A DNA stretch of 64,000 bases from Stegostoma tigrinum (Eukaryota), in NCBI RefSeq assembly GCF_030684315.1, contig NC_081364.1, positions 53,282,152 through 53,346,151 of the forward strand, in the 5' to 3' direction. The notes under the pieces were generated by a model. It had not been told where the DNA came from and ran no database searches. It saw only the letters and a list, made by a program, of their open reading frames with translations. This document shows, one piece after another, positions 47,738 through 61,905 of the stretch; position 1 is the stretch's first letter; every line of letters starts with the position of its first letter. Both the position numbers and the translations under genes were made by a program.

Positions 47738-50385
47738 TAGCATACCTTATGGAATGGTTTAAAAGCAAAGTGTAAATGATTATCAACTGTCTTTGCCTCA
47801 CCTTCCCAGTTCCTTGTTAGTGGTCTGCACACTAGTGGTGATATCATTGCGCACAAATCACTGACATCATTGCATATGCACATCCTTCCTGCAGCCTGCC
47901 CTGTCATGGCAAAGTGACGTCAAGGGCAATGTCTGCACATGCATGGTGGCCATTTTGATATTGCAGATAACCACACTGATTTTTTTCAGTACCCTTTTAA
48001 GTCACTTGTTGAGGTTCTACCTAATTCTACCTTTAAAAATACTCAATGACCCTGCCTTCCAGTGCTATCAGGGGAAGAGAGATTTGTGACTTTCTCCTCA
48101 GTCTTAAATGGAAGACCCTTATTTTTAAATTCTGTGTATCCCAGTTCTGTCACCATAAAAGGAAATATCCTTTCAGCAGCTACCCTGCCAAGTCCTCTTG
48201 GCATCTTTGTTTAAATAATTTCACCTCCCATTCTTCTGAGTTTCAATGGATGTGAGTTCAACATGTTCAACGTTTCCTTATAACCATTTAATCCCAGGTA
48301 GCAGTTGAGTGAACCTTCTCTGCACTTTGTCTAACACCTTTAGGTAACCTAAACCGTACAAAACATTCTAGATGTGGGCACTGCAGTGCCTTGTGCAACT
48401 ACAGAAAAACATTTTAACTTTCATATTCCATTCCCCATGCAATAATAATTTAATAATTCACCTTCTTGCCTTTTTGTATACCACTTTTAAACCTGTTTTC
48501 TCCTATGAATGATCTCTTACGTTCTATTTCCACATTATTACTCCTTAACAAAGCAAGGTCGCTTGTAGCAGCTGAAGTAGGTGGGAATGAGGGAGACAGC
48601 TTGAGCAACACGTTAGATATAGCCAGCATGAAGGAAAATGTTTGCTGGAGACCAATCACAGATTATTCAAGAGACAGTAGCCACCCAACTGCTGTGACGT
48701 AATTGAAGGGGATGAGTGTCCAGTCTGATCGAAATGTCCTTGCCAGAAACCAGGAAGGAAAAAGCCAGTGAACCTTTGCTTAATTTGTCAAACTTCGTGG
48801 ATGTCAAAATAATGTTTAAATCTCAGTAGGATTAAGGTTGAAACTAAAGAATCAAATTTACAAAATTCCATCATTGTAATAATGGAGAAACTTGTCTTTT
48901 TGAAAATATTTCAAAGTGAAGTTTAGTAGAAATTGTGAACTTGGAACAATTTAAAAATCCACAATATCTGATTTTGGCAAAAAGTAGCTTCTCTCACAGC
49001 AAGACTAAATTAATGTTTTTGTCATTTTGAATAATTTTTTTATGGCTATAGAGACTGCTACACCCTGTGGGGTTATGTAGAATCATTGATAACGAAATGT
49101 GAAAATTCTGAATTTTCTATAAGACAACAGGAGAAAAGTTTAAGATGTGATGATAGTGGCCATCATTATTAGCTTACTGTCTAGCCAATGTATTTGAGTA
49201 CTTGATCTCTGCATTGCTGTGAAATGACTGCAGCAGAATAAATTGAGAAAACTAGTAAAGTAAATCAGCAGACACTTATTTTCTACATTACTGTTGTACC
49301 CACGTTAGTACATAATAAAGTAGTTGTAGAGTGGATTCTAGAAGGAAGAATTTCTGTATAGTTTCTTGGCCATATAGAATTTCCATACCAATCTGGGCCA
49401 ATCCCAGCATTTTACTTAATTGTGTAATAGATTTTGCACTCGTGTAGAAACCAAAGTGCACTCAAAATGCACAAATGTATTTGTGATTGTGGGTAGGATG
49501 ATAGAGAGCTTGGACCTACTGATTTTTGAATAAAAAATTTAAAATTGGCAAAAGCACAAGAAGGGTACAAGATACTTCCAGACATTTACTAGCATTTGAG
49601 ATTGCAGATTGGAGGTTAAAGTACTGAAGGGTCGTACGCTAGAAGGGTGCATGAGACACGATGTTTAAATTTCTTGTCACTGGCGCATTAATGCAAAACA
49701 TCCACTTGGTGCCACATTGTGCTCTTGTTAAAATTTTCAAGTAACATATCTATATGCGCTTTTCATGTTCCTACTTCCTCTCCTACTTCTGATTCATTCA
49801 CTCTTTCAAAAAGATCAATAGAAAAATTTCTGATTGGTACAGTGCATTAATGATTACAAATTCAAAATGTTATATCTTTTTCTTGCATTTTCCCACTTGT
49901 CATACTCATACTTCTGAGTTTGATCAGTTGTTTACTGATGATATTGGGTCTGTCTTTAGAATTGAATCATATCCTGACTATTTTTCACCTAGTACTCATC
50001 TTGACAATTTTCTTTGTTCTGCCTTATATGAAATTGCCCATGCATTTATTGCATGTCCAGCTCATTCACGTGTGCTTCACTTAAAAAGTAAAAGAATGTT
50101 TAAACAAAACTGATTTGAAAACCTTTGTTGTCATAGTCGAAGTATGATGATTCCAAAAAGCCTGCAGTTTGGTTCATACTCGGTTAACTCAGCATAATTT
50201 ATAGCTCTTCCCTAATTGATTAATGGTATTCACCGGGTTTTCTTTGATTCCAATGATAAACAGTTAAGAACTGTAACAACCATTGGTGGTCTTTCACCTC
50301 TTACCAACAATTAAAGACTGGATAGTTCCCAAGTTTGTACATGCTTTGAGCTATTTCATTTATAGTTTAACTTTCTTGTCTTTAG

Positions 50386-50532
<147 letters not shown>

Positions 50533-50560
50533 AATGTTCTGTATATTAACAAAGATGAAA

Positions 50561-50566
50561 AATAAA
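50561..50566 (+). terminator. Polyadenylation signal of RPS23
   Basis: AATAAA about 30 nt after the stop codon. Confidence 0.8.
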
Positions 50567-51521
50567 ACATTTTAAAATTAGATCATTGTCAGAGGTTATG
50601 ATATCCAAGTGGATTCAAACATTTTTTTATGTGCACCATTTCTGATGGAATGAGTCTGAGAAAATACGCTCCAGATTTTAGTACTTGAGGATTTTTATAT
50701 TTGTTTTGGCAAACACAAGTTCTTTGAATCATTAATCATTTTTTTTGGGAGGCATGGTATATTTTACCTGTATTGAACTGATAATCCACTCTGATATTGC
50801 TTGTTGCAGCAAATTTTAGTTATGGTGATAACATGAAAAAATACTTTAGCCAGCAGTAGGCAGTAAAATTGAAGTCATTGGGAATCTAGGAACTCCACTG
50901 GTTGGAGCCGCCAGGCACAAAGGAAGATGCTTATTTTTAGAGGCAAATCGCCTTTAGCCCCATCCCATCGCTGCTGGAATATCTTGGGGCAGAGATCTGG
51001 CCTAACTGTCTTTGATTCTGACGAGGCAAATGCTATTTACATTTCAAGAAGATCATTTCTTGTCCTTCTAAGCTTCAATATCTAGTGGATATTGCATCAT
51101 GAAGTAATTCAGTCTCACTAATGCCCTTACAATTAAAAGCAAAATATCTGTTATTGTACGCTATTCTCCAAGTGATAAATAACATTTGATTTGTCTTCCT
51201 AATCATTTGCTGAACCTGCAGTTAAACTTTGTGATTCATGTAGAATCACTTGAATTCTGTAGTGTCTTTCCATTTAATTTTTTATTCTACTCACAAAAAT
51301 GTAAAAGCTTATGTTTCACATGCTCAGCATGTCAAATTTTTGTTCAGTTACCAGAACAGATCAGATTGTGCTTGATATACAGAGTATTTTGTGCACGTAT
51401 GGAATGAGCTGCCAGAGGAAGTGGTAGGGGCTGGTACAATTACTATATTTGAAAGGCATCCGGATGGGGATGTGAATAAGAAGGATTTAGAGAGATAGGG
51501 GCCAAATACTGGCAATTGGGA

Positions 51522-51805
51522 CTACAGCACAGTGGCTCAGTGGTTAGCAGTGCTGCTTCACAGTACCAGGGAGCTGGGTTCAATTCCACCCTTGGGTGAC
51601 TGTCCGTGTGGAGTTTGCACATTCTCATGTCTGCGTGGGTTTCCTCCCACAGTCCAAAGATATGCAGGCTAGTTAAATTGCCTGTGGTGTTTTAGGGATG
51701 TGTAGATTTGGTGGGTTATAGGGGGATGAGTCTGGGCAGGATGCTTTGAGGGTCAGTGTGGACTTGTTGGGCTGAAGGGTGTTTCCACACTAGGGACTCT
51801 ATGAT
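51522..51805 (+). mobile_element. HE1-type V-SINE inserted in a CR1 tail
   Basis: cagcacagtggctcagtggttagc head, core and tail. Confidence 0.82.
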
Positions 51806-52039
51806 GATATTTGGTGTCGATGAGTTGGACTGAAGGGTCTGTTTCTGTACTGTACATCTCACTGTATGTATGGTAAGTCATTAGGAAAGCTACTATTGCA
51901 AAAAGGAATTGTATATAAAAATCAGGTTATGCTTGTTACACAGGGCACTGGTAAGATCATATTTGGAGTATTGTATACAGCATTGGTCAGTCTTAGTCAA
52001 GTGGAAATGCATCGGAAGCGGTTCAGAGACTTGCATAGC

Positions 52040-55000
52040 TACCTGGACTACTCCTCCTCTCACAGATACCCACAGCTACCCGGACTACACCTCCTCTTGC
52101 CCACCCTCCCACAAGAATATGATCCTATATTCCCAGTTTTTCTGCATCTGCTTCCAAGATAGGATGTTCTAATCCCAAACATCCCAGATGTCCTCCAATT
52201 TCAAGGACCGTAACATGCCCGCCTGCACGAACTCCAGTACTCAGAAATGCACTCAACAGCATCTCTTGCACTGCACTGCTGCCCTCAAACTCCCACCACC
52301 CCCAACAAAAATAAAGACTGAATACCCCTTGTCCTGACATATCACCCCACCAACAGCTGTATCCAATGTATCATTCTCTGCCACTTCCATCATCTACAAC
52401 TGACCCCACAACCAAAGAGATATTTCCCTCCTCACCCCTATCTGCCTTTCGTGGGGACCACTCTCTCTGCAACTCCCTTGTCTGCTCCACGCTCCCCACT
52501 AACCAGACCACCCCTAGCACCATTTCCTTGCACTACAGGAAGTGCTACACCTACCCCTGCACATCCCGGAACCCCCAGCACCCTCTTAAGGCACGAAACA
52601 AACCTTCCATATCAGGGTAACAAAGTGTGAAGCTGGATGAACACAGCAGGCCAAGCAGCATCTCAGGAGCACAAAAGCTGACATTTCGGGCCTAGACCCT
52701 TCATCAGAAAAGGGGGATGGGGAGAGGGTTCCGAAATAAATAGGGAGAGAGGGGGAGGTGGACCGAAGATGGATAGAGGAGAAGATAGGTGGGGAGGGAA
52801 TAGGTCAGTCCGGGGAGGACAGATGGGTCAAGGAGGTGGGATGAGGTTAGTAGGTGGGAAATGGAGGGATGGCTTGAAGTGGGAGGAGGGGATAGGTGAG
52901 AGGAAGAACAGGTTAGGGAGGTGGGGACGAGCTGGGCTGGTTTTGGGATGCAGTGGGGGAGGAGGAGATTTTGAAGCTTGTGAAGTCCACATTTATACCA
53001 TTGGGCTGCAGGGTTCCCAAGCGCAATATGAGTTGCTATTCCTGCAACCTTCGGGTGGCATCATTGTGGCACTGCAGGAGGCCCATAATGGACATGTCGT
53101 CTAAAGAATGGGAGGGGGAGTTGAAATGGTTCGCGACTGGGAGGTGCAGTTGTTTATTGCGAACCAAGCGGAGGTGTTCTGCAAAGCGGTCCCCAAGCCT
53201 CCGCTTGGTTTCCCCAGTGTAGAGGAAGCCACACGGGTACAGTGGATGCAGTATACCACATTGGCGGATGTGCAGGTGAACATCTGCTTAATGTGGAAAG
53301 TCATCTTGGGGCCTGGGATGGGGGTGAGGGAGGAGGTGTGGGGGCAAGTGTAGCATTCCCTGCGGTTGCAGGGGAAGGTGCCGGGCATGGTGGGGTTGGA
53401 GGGGATTGTGGAGCAGACAAGGGAGTCATGGAGAGAGTGGTCTCTCCGGAAGGCAGACAAGGGTGGGGATGGAAAAATGTCTTGGGTGGTGGGGTCGGAT
53501 TGTAGATGGCAGAAGTGTCAGAGGATGATGCGTTGTATCCGGAGGTTGGTGGGGTGGTATGTGAGGATGAGGGGGGTTCTCTTAAGGCGGTTCTTGCGGG
53601 AACGGGGTGTGAGGGATGAGTTGCGGGAAATGCGGGAGACATGGTCAAGAGCATTCTCAACCACTGCGGGGGGGAAGTTGCGGTCCTTGAAGAACTTGGA
53701 CATCTGGGATGTGTGGGAGTGGAATGCTTCATCCAGGGAGCAGATGCGGCGGAGGCGGAGGAATTGGGAATAGGGGATGGAATTTTTGCAGGGGAGTGGG
53801 TGGGAGGAGGTGTATTCTAGGTAGCTGTGGGAGTCGGTGGGCTTGAAATGGACATCAGTTTCTAGCTGGTTGCCTGAGATGGAGATAGAGAGGTCCAGGA
53901 AGGTGAGGGATGTGTTGGAGATGGCCCAGGTGAACTTGAGGTTGGGATGGAAGGTGTTGGTGAAGTGGATGAACTGTTCGAGCTCCTCTTGGGAGCAAGA
54001 GGCGGCGCCATTACAGTCATCAATGTAACAGAGGAAGAGGTGGGTTTGGGGCCAGTGTAGGTGCGGAAGAGGGACTGTTTCACCTAACCTACAAAGAAGC
54101 TGACATAGCTTGGGCCCATGCAGGTACCCATGGTCACTCCCTTTGTCTGTAGGAAGTGGGAGGAATCTAAAGAGAAGTTGTTGAGGGTGAGGATGGGTTC
54201 GGCTAGGCGGATGAGGGTGTTGGTGGAGGGGGACTGGTCGGGACAGGAAGAAGCGGAGGGCCTTGAGGCCATCTGCATGAGGAATGCAGGTGGAAAGGAC
54301 TGGACGTCCATGGTGAAAATTAGGTGTTGGGGACCAGGGAATTGGACGTTCTGGAGGAGGTGGAGGGCGTGGGTGGTGTTACGGATATAGGTGGGAACTT
54401 CCTGGACCAAAGGGGATAAAATGGAGTCCAGATAGGTGGAGATGAGTTCGGTGGGGCAGGAGCAGGTGGAGACAATAGGTCGGCCAGGGCAGGCGGGTTT
54501 GTGGATTTTGGGAAGAGATAGAAACGGGCGGTGTGGGGTTGGGGAACAGTGAGGTTGGAAGCTGTGGTGATGAGGTCATGGATGGTGTTGGAGATGATGG
54601 TTTGGTGCTCAGAAGTGGGGTCATGATCAAGGGGGCGGTAGGAGGTGGTGTCGGAGAGTTGGCGTTTGGCCTCAGTGATGTAGAGGTCAGTGTGCCATAC
54701 TACATCTGCGCCTCCCTTGTCTGCGGGTTTGATGGTGAGGTTGGGGTTGGAGCGGAGGGCTGCCCATTCTGCAGGGGAGAGGTTGGAGTGGGTGAGAGGG
54801 GTGGAGAGGTTGAGGCGATTAATGTCTCAACGGCAGTTGGAGATGAAGAGGTCAAGGGAGGGTGGGAGGCCTGGGGGTGGTGTCCAGGAGGAGGACTTGT
54901 GTTGGAGGCGGGTGAAGGGGTCAGTGGAAGGAGGATTAGGCTCCCGGTGAAAGAAGTAAGCGTGGAGGCGAAAGTGGCGGAAAAACTGCTCAATGTCCAA

Positions 55001-55715
55001 ATGTGACTGGTATTCGTTGATGTGTGGGTGGAGGGGGACAAAGGTGAGCCCCTTGCTTAGGACTGACTGTTCGTCCTCAGTCAGGGGGTGGTCTGGGGGG
55101 TTGGTGAAGATTCGGCAGGGCTTAGTGTGGCTGTCTTCTATGGGTTGCTGGCTGTGGAGGCTGTGGGAGGAGTGATGTAGGCGCTTCCATATCAGACTGG
55201 TTCACCTGCACGTGTTAACTTAGTCTGCTGTTCCCAATGTGGCCTCTTCTGCATCAGCGAGACCAAGCGTAGATTTGGAGGCCATTTTGTCGAGCATCTG
55301 TGCTCTGTTCACGACAAATGACAACACCTTCCAGTTGCCAACCATTGGCCTAAACATGGAATACACCTGTTTTAACATCTCCTACCCCCAGCCTCAATCC
55401 ACGTCCAACCCTCCCACACGTCCCTGCCTCGTTGACCTGACACAACCTGTCCATCTTCTCTCCCACCTATCTGTCCTACGTAACCCACTGATCAATTCCC
55501 TCCACACTCTACCTGCACTCATTTCTCACCATTCCACCTACCTTTCCCAGTCCCACCTCTCTATTTCCCAGCTTCCTTCCCCCTCCCTATTTCTGAGGAG
55601 GGTCCCAACCCAAAACATCAATTTTCCTGCTCCTCTGATGCTGCCTGGCCTTCTGTGTTCCTCCAGCTCCATACTGTGTCTTCTCTGACTCAGGCATCTG
55701 CAATTCTTGCTATCA
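52040..55715 (+). mobile_element. Older PLE copy (52040-52615 plus 55184-55715) split by the younger antisense PLE
   Basis: Diverged PLE sequence continues colinearly across the TSD; degenerate terminus at 55593-55715. Confidence 0.8.
52616..55183 (-). mobile_element. Penelope-like element, longest copy in the window, frameshifted
   Basis: Same RT and GIY-YIG sequence as 14909-16910; exact 12-bp TSD cttccatatcag at 52604-52615 and 55184-55195. Confidence 0.93.
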
Positions 55716-55794
55716 CTCAGTAGGACTGGGTGTGTTATGACAGAAGGTTTCCCAGATGGCTTAGATTAGCTGTAAGAGGTGACCTATAAAGATG

Positions 55795-57990
55795 CACTGC
55801 ACAGAAACAGACCCTCTGGTCTAACTCATCTATGCTAACCAGATATCCCAGATAAATCTAGTCTTATTTGCCAGCATTTGGTCCATATCCCTCTAAATCC
55901 TTTATATTCATACACCTATCCAGATGCCTTTCAAATACTGTTATCGGACCATACTCCACCACTTCCTCTGGCAGCTTATTCCATACACATACCACCTTCT
56001 GCATGAAAACGTTGCCCCTTAGGTCCTTTTTAAATCTTGTCCCCTCTCAAACTTATGCTCTCTAGTTTTAGATTCCCACCACCCGACCTCCATCCCAGGA
56101 AAAAGACCTTGTCTATTTACCCTATCCATGCCCCTCATGATTTTACAAACCTCACCCCTTCAGCCCTGGCAATATCCTACTAAATCTTTCCTGAGCCATT
56201 TCAAGTCCCACAACATACTTCCTATAGCCGGGAGACCTGAACTACATGGAGTATTCCAAAAGTGGCCTAACCAATGCTTGTACAGCCTCAATGTGGTGGT
56301 GTCAGTGTCAGATTGGGGTGAACAAGGTCAAAAACCACATGACACCAGGTAATAATCCAACAGGTTTATTTGAAGATGCAAGCTTTCAGAGTCTCACTCC
56401 TTCGGGTGTTAGTGAGAGAGGTGACATCGGACACAGAATTTATAAGCAAAAGATGAAAGGTTATATGCTGATGCGGTATTGAACAAACCTAAGATGGTTG
56501 TTAAATCTTTAATCTGTTAGAAAGGATTAAAGTGCAAATTCCCGAATTTCTTTCAAGTCACCTTACCGAGATACCTTGGGTACCCATGAGGACGGCCTCA
56601 TCCAGGATCTTGGGTTCATGTTGCACCCCATCTCAGTATACACACACACAGACACTCACTCAAGCGTACATGCACTCTCTCTCCCTCCCTCACCTGCACA
56701 CATGTACACGCTGTCTCCCCATCACACACAGGGCGTGCACACATATTCTTTCCCTTCCTCCCTCGTGCAAACACTCTCTCTCTCCTGCACACGTAAATCT
56801 ATGGGTTGATTTTGCATTTGCAGATTTATAATCACAGATAAATTCTATTTTGTTCAAAAAATACACATTTGTAGACAGTCAATGGGGCATTTTATAAATT
56901 CCTACTTTGGAAATAAAACCAGTCTGACTCCAACTTGATACACAGCCAGATTCCAAAGAAGGCCTCAGCCTAAAATGCATTATCTGACCTGGGATGTCCC
57001 CTCTGCTATACTGACAGAACTTATAAAATCATTAGTTATCTCAGGGCAGTGATTTGAAAGAAATTTAGGAATTTTCATATTAATCCTTTGTTACTGAATA
57101 AAGATTTAACAAACATCTTACGTTTGTTCAACACCAAATCAGTTCTATGACCCTTCGATTGTTAGCTTATAAATTCTGATGTTACATCCCTCACTGACAC
57201 TTAAAGGAGTGAGACTCAGAAAGCTTGTATCTTCAAATAAACCTCTTGGACCATAACCAGTCAACCTCTGGCATCTCACCTGTGGCTACTTATGATACAA
57301 ATACCTCAGCAAGGGACCCAGCAATCACTTCCCTACCTTTCCACATAGCTCTAGGGTACACCTGATCAGGTCCTGGGGATTTATCCACCTTTACACATTT
57401 TAAGCCATCCAGCACCTCCTTCTCTGTAATATGGACATTTTTCAAGGTGTCGTTATCTATTTCCCCACACTGTATATTTTCTATATCCTTCTCCACAGTA
57501 AACACTGATTTAAAATACTCATTTAGTCGACCCCCTATCATTGTGGTTCCATACACAGGAGGTCTTGCTAATCTTTATAGGTGTTCCTATTCTCTCCCAA
57601 GTTACCCTTTTATCCTTAATGTATTTATAAAATCCCTTTGGATTCTCCTTAACCCTATTTGTCAAAGCTATCTGATGACCCCTTTTCATCATCCTGATTT
57701 CCTTCCTAAGTATACTCCTACTGACTTTATACACTTCTAAGGATTCACTCGATCTCTGTTTTTTTCTTTTTCTTGATCAAAACCTCAATTTCGCTAGTCA
57801 TCCAGCATTCCCTATACCTACCAGCCTTTCCCTTCACCCTAACAGGCACACACTGGTCACTCGTTATCTCTTTTTTGAAGGCTTCCCATTTTCTAACTGC
57901 CCCTTTACCTGCAAACATCCACCCCAATCAACTTTTGAAAGTTCTTGCCTAATACCATGAAAATTGGCTTTCGTCCAATTTAGAACTTTA
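55795..57990 (-). mobile_element. CR1-clade LINE remnant interrupted by a PLE-derived inverted repeat
   Basis: LNEYFKSVFT, DKSPGPDQVYPR, KENPKGFYKYIK; 3' tail at about 55795-56290. Confidence 0.85.
56331..57262. mobile_element. Inverted-repeat element from another PLE family, with a CA/CT-rich centre
   Basis: Arms at about 56331-56520 and 57095-57262 are inverted; internal GTHEDGLIQDLGFMLH is PLE C-terminus-like. Confidence 0.72.
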
Positions 57991-59544
57991 ACAACTTCAT
58001 TGAAACATAAAAGATACAAGGGGGTTTGGAAGGTGGATATGAAAGGGATCTTTCTTCTTTTGGGACAATCTAGAACTAGAAATCAACATTTAAAATAAGA
58101 GGTTGCCTATTTAAGAGACATGGGAATTTTTTTTCCTCTCTTGAGGCTTGTAAGTCTTTCAAACTCCCTTACAAGGCGGTTACAGTGCAGTCTTGGATTT
58201 TTTTTTTAAAGCAGAGGTGGATAACTGTTGGTAAGCTTTAGGAGGTGTAGGGTTATCAAATGGGTGGGAGTGTTGAGTTCAGCTTACAAGATCATCATCC
58301 GGAACTTTATTAAATTGCAAAGCAGCCTCAAAAGATCAAACAAGTAACTACTGTTCTTAGCTCATACGTTCATTTTTCTTTCACTGACATTACCAGGCAG
58401 TTCTGACTATTTTAAATCCTATTTTATGTCGGGCCCCATTGCACTTACTACTTCGTACCTCTGATGGGTACACAGCTGCGTCCTCATAGCCATCTACGTT
58501 AACTTTTCTGAGAGAAAACAGATAAACCCAAAACACTATCTCTTTACAACCTATCCACGTGGCAGCAACACGCCCAGGATATCCCACATAGATATTTCAA
58601 GTAACTAACTTCAATTTTGAAACTTGAAATTTGACCTGGCAAGTACATAGATACTTTAAGAACCACTCTAATTTATCCTTTGCTTTCAATTTTCTGTTTG
58701 ATTTTTGCCTCACACGAAATGATTTTAAACTCTTATGAAGATATCTTGTAGACACTTTGTGTCTCTCAAGATTCAAAGGGCTTTTATTTTGTGTCTTCAT
58801 ATTTGTAAACCTGAATTTGTGAGCACACATGGAAGGATCTTGATGTTAAATATCTTGCACTATTTGGCAACTATTGAATTCTGGATTTTCACATGCCCTA
58901 CATTTACAAATGTCACCCAAACTATAGGTTACTTCTCTACAATATATGGATAAATTCGATATACTCATAATACCCCATCAACAAATGTGACATCACAAGA
59001 AGTGACTAGTCTGGCTAATGCATCACAAAGGGTCATAAGTATGAGCAACAATGTACTTTTATAAGCAAGACTTGTGAAACAGTCACAACATTAACAGTTC
59101 TAGGGTTGAAAATTATGATATACTGGTTAAATATGCTTAAAACAAGGCCAACTCATTGGTGTTTTATCAAAAGCATAATCACTTTTATTAATTCTGGTAA
59201 CATTTTGATAGTGGCAAATGAATGTGACCGGGGTAGGAGCAGTATGCAGTCCATAGGATTTTATACAGCGGAGTGGTCCATGAGAGAAAATGTTTCAAGA
59301 AGCACTGCTTTAAACCAGTACCACCAATAAGAAAATATTTTCATTTATCACGTCTGTGGGAACTCACTTGGCACAAATTTGCTGACTGATAGCATTTTGT
59401 TATATTACTGTTTGTCCCTCTTCCAAATCTGATGTCATCAAACTTGTGCTTAACAAAATTCTTGATTTCACATTCCTTGCAAATTACCACCCCATCTCCA
59501 AGTCTCCCTTTTCATTCCAAAGGCCTTGAATATGTTTCCTTCCA

Positions 59545-60200
59545 ATCAAGATGGTGGCAGAGTAGGACACTCCAACAGGAGCTATTCCACCCCTTCTGCT
59601 TCTTTCTCAGTTTCTCCCTTTGTTTTCTTTTTCTTTTCACCCCGCCTTTGGTGTATCAGTGGGTTTCAGCCTGGTCTCCTGGTGGCTCATTTTGGGTCCC
59701 GGCCTTGTCTCTCGGCAGCTCTCAGCCCAGTCTCAGGAGCTCGTGGCAAGTCCTGGTGGTCTCTCAGTGGCTCATGGTGGTGTCTCACCTCAGTGTACAA
59801 GTAGAACATGCCCCAGGCAGGATCCCGAGGCACAGGGGAGACCAGGCAGGTGGCAGTTTCAGCAGCAGTTACTGTGTCCGCAGCGGCATTGAGAACAGAC
59901 AGCAGAGCAAGGTAGGCAGAGGACTTGTGGAAGACTGTTGAATTTTTAACTTATTCCTTTATTTACCTAGTTTAAACTACCAAAGACTTTAATGTAAACT
60001 ATTATCTATTTCTTTATTTTTCTAATATTCTATGAAGTAATACTTAACTTTATAACTCTCGTTTTTCCTACCACTTTGTACCTATGCTTTTTTTTGTACC
60101 TAGGTACCTTGGTACCTAAGGTGTGCCATATGTGGCAACATTGTACACTTTTTACTGTATTCCTGTGCTTGAGTACACATGACAATAACATTTAAATCTA
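59545..60200 (+). mobile_element. Probable non-autonomous LINE derivative
   Basis: Starts with YY1-like caagatggtggc; GC-rich 5' part; LINE-like tail ttttactgtattcctgtgcttgagtacacatgacaataa; no intact ORF. Confidence 0.45.
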
Positions 60201-60569
60201 TCGTTCTCTGAACTCCATTTGGAATACCTCCAACAGGTCTTCATTTGGCTGTGATAACAAGACAACTCAAAGTCACAAATGGCATCTTTTGTGTCTCTGA
60301 CAAAGGTGAAATATCCTATATCATCTTAATTTGAAGCCTTTGGCATGGTCAATCACACATTTCACTTTTGACAGCTTTCCTTTACAATTCAGCTGAGTTA
60401 GTGTGTAATTGCCCGGGTCCAACTTTATCCATTCAATCATAGCTAGAAACACTCCTGAAATTAATTTTCAAACCATAATTGTAGCTTTACATTTTGTGTT
60501 CTACTAAGTTTTATCCTTTTTTGTTTCTCAACTATAAGCTGACCCTCAGCGACATTATAAGTCCATAAA

Positions 60570-61075
60570 GCAAAGTAGCAGAACTTGAGCATTCAGCCCA
60601 CTGAATCAACCATTCAACTGTGGCTAATATGATTAATCCTCAACACTTTCCTGCCTTTTCTCTAATAACCCTGATTCTGTTGGGAAAAAAACCTATCCCA
60701 GACTTGAGCATACTTAACAACCCAGCCTTGATAGACCTCTGTGGTAAAGAACTCCACAGACTTACTACCCTTAGAGAATAAATTTCTTCTCATTTCTGCT
60801 TTAAATGTGTGACCCTTTGTTCTGAGACTATGCCCTCTGATCCTCGAATCTCCACAAGGTGAAACAATCACTGCACATCTACCCTGTACAATTCTTCAAG
60901 AATCCTGTATGCTTCAATAAAGTCACCTCTCTTTTGAACTCCAGTGAGTGCAGATCCAATCTACTCAAACCCTCCTCATTAAATATTACTAAGATTAGTC
61001 ACGTGATCCTTCGCCAGATTGCATCCAAATCCAATACATCTTTCCTTAGGTAACGGGCCAGCCATGGGTCTCACC
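60570..61075 (-). mobile_element. CR1-clade LINE, 3' fragment
   Basis: GDSRIRGHSLRTKGHTFKAEMRRN remnant. Confidence 0.75.
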
Positions 61076-61439
61076 AGTTAGTGCCTTTTTTAACGAACTT
61101 ACTACGATCTCTAAACTGCACAACACTTGTCCGACATCGATTATTGAAGGCGCAGAACTCAGTTTCTGATACATATCAGAATGAAGTCACTTTTAAACGG
61201 GTGAATTTGCCATTCCTAGCGAACAAAACTTTTCTGCGAGAGTAAGACTGCCTTGATCTCCCAGCCATGTCACCAACTGTTTCAATTCGATGTAGAGAAA
61301 CCTTACCCAAAAATTTCCTCCAGGAAAAGCTGATGTAAAGTTAAACACGTTTACCTTGTACTTAAATGTGCAACCATGTTTTGAAACGGAGCAAACAAGA
61401 TGTAATGGGAATATAACTAAGAGCGCCCATTGCACAATT

Positions 61440-61690
61440 GAGGGAGCCACGTCTAACTGCCCATCGTCCGGAATCAGGCGAGACACGCGCCGTTTCCAGG
61501 CCGGAAGTAACTCGCGCAGCTCGGCCGGGCCGGAAATGCCGTCTCCATAGTAACCAGGTTGTTTGCGGCGACGCGGCGTGGCGGTGGAAACGGTGGCCGC
61601 AGACTGGGGTCCGCCGTGGACGACAGCAAACACACGCGCCGCCAAAGTGAGTCACCCTGCATGTGTGCAGCTATCCGCAGCGAGGGGTCT
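61440..61690 (+). promoter_or_regulatory. CpG-island promoter and probable non-coding exon 1 of an unidentified gene, with ETS sites and an RFX X-box
   Basis: CCGGAAGT 61501-61508, CCGGAAAT 61530-61537, GTCTCCATAGTAAC 61541-61554, splice donor aaa|gtgagt at 61647. Confidence 0.75.
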
Positions 61691-61905
61691 TTAAACTTTA
61701 GGGCTTTTAGGAGGAGAGGTTATAACTGCCTCACTCAATTTGAATTTCATCGGTTAAAGAAGTGGCTGTGTGTGAACCAGAATGAATCGTTTCTGCGTTC
61801 TAAGTGTCATTGTGTGTCTTTGCAAAGTGATATGTGCTAATAAGAGTGGCATTGATATTTATATAAAAAAGGACAACCGTTTTGATAGGGCTGCAGTTTT
61901 GATTT

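Noticed and set aside
49144-49210. C-box-like GTGATGA in RPS23 intron 3, and similar motifs near 46765, 49937 and 50144
   Set aside because: None has both a full C box and a suitably spaced CTGA D box with a terminal stem; not callable as C/D snoRNAs.
60095-60122. Nested palindromes gtacctaggtaccttggtacctaagg
   Set aside because: Inside a probable LINE-derived tail; likely a local slippage or template-switch artefact.
50600-61400. ATG10 3' exons expected from human synteny
   Set aside because: No ATG10-like peptide found by eye.
61193-61645. 150-aa minus-strand ORF over the CpG island
   Set aside because: Non-ATG start, typical GC-rich promoter ORF, no recognisable protein.
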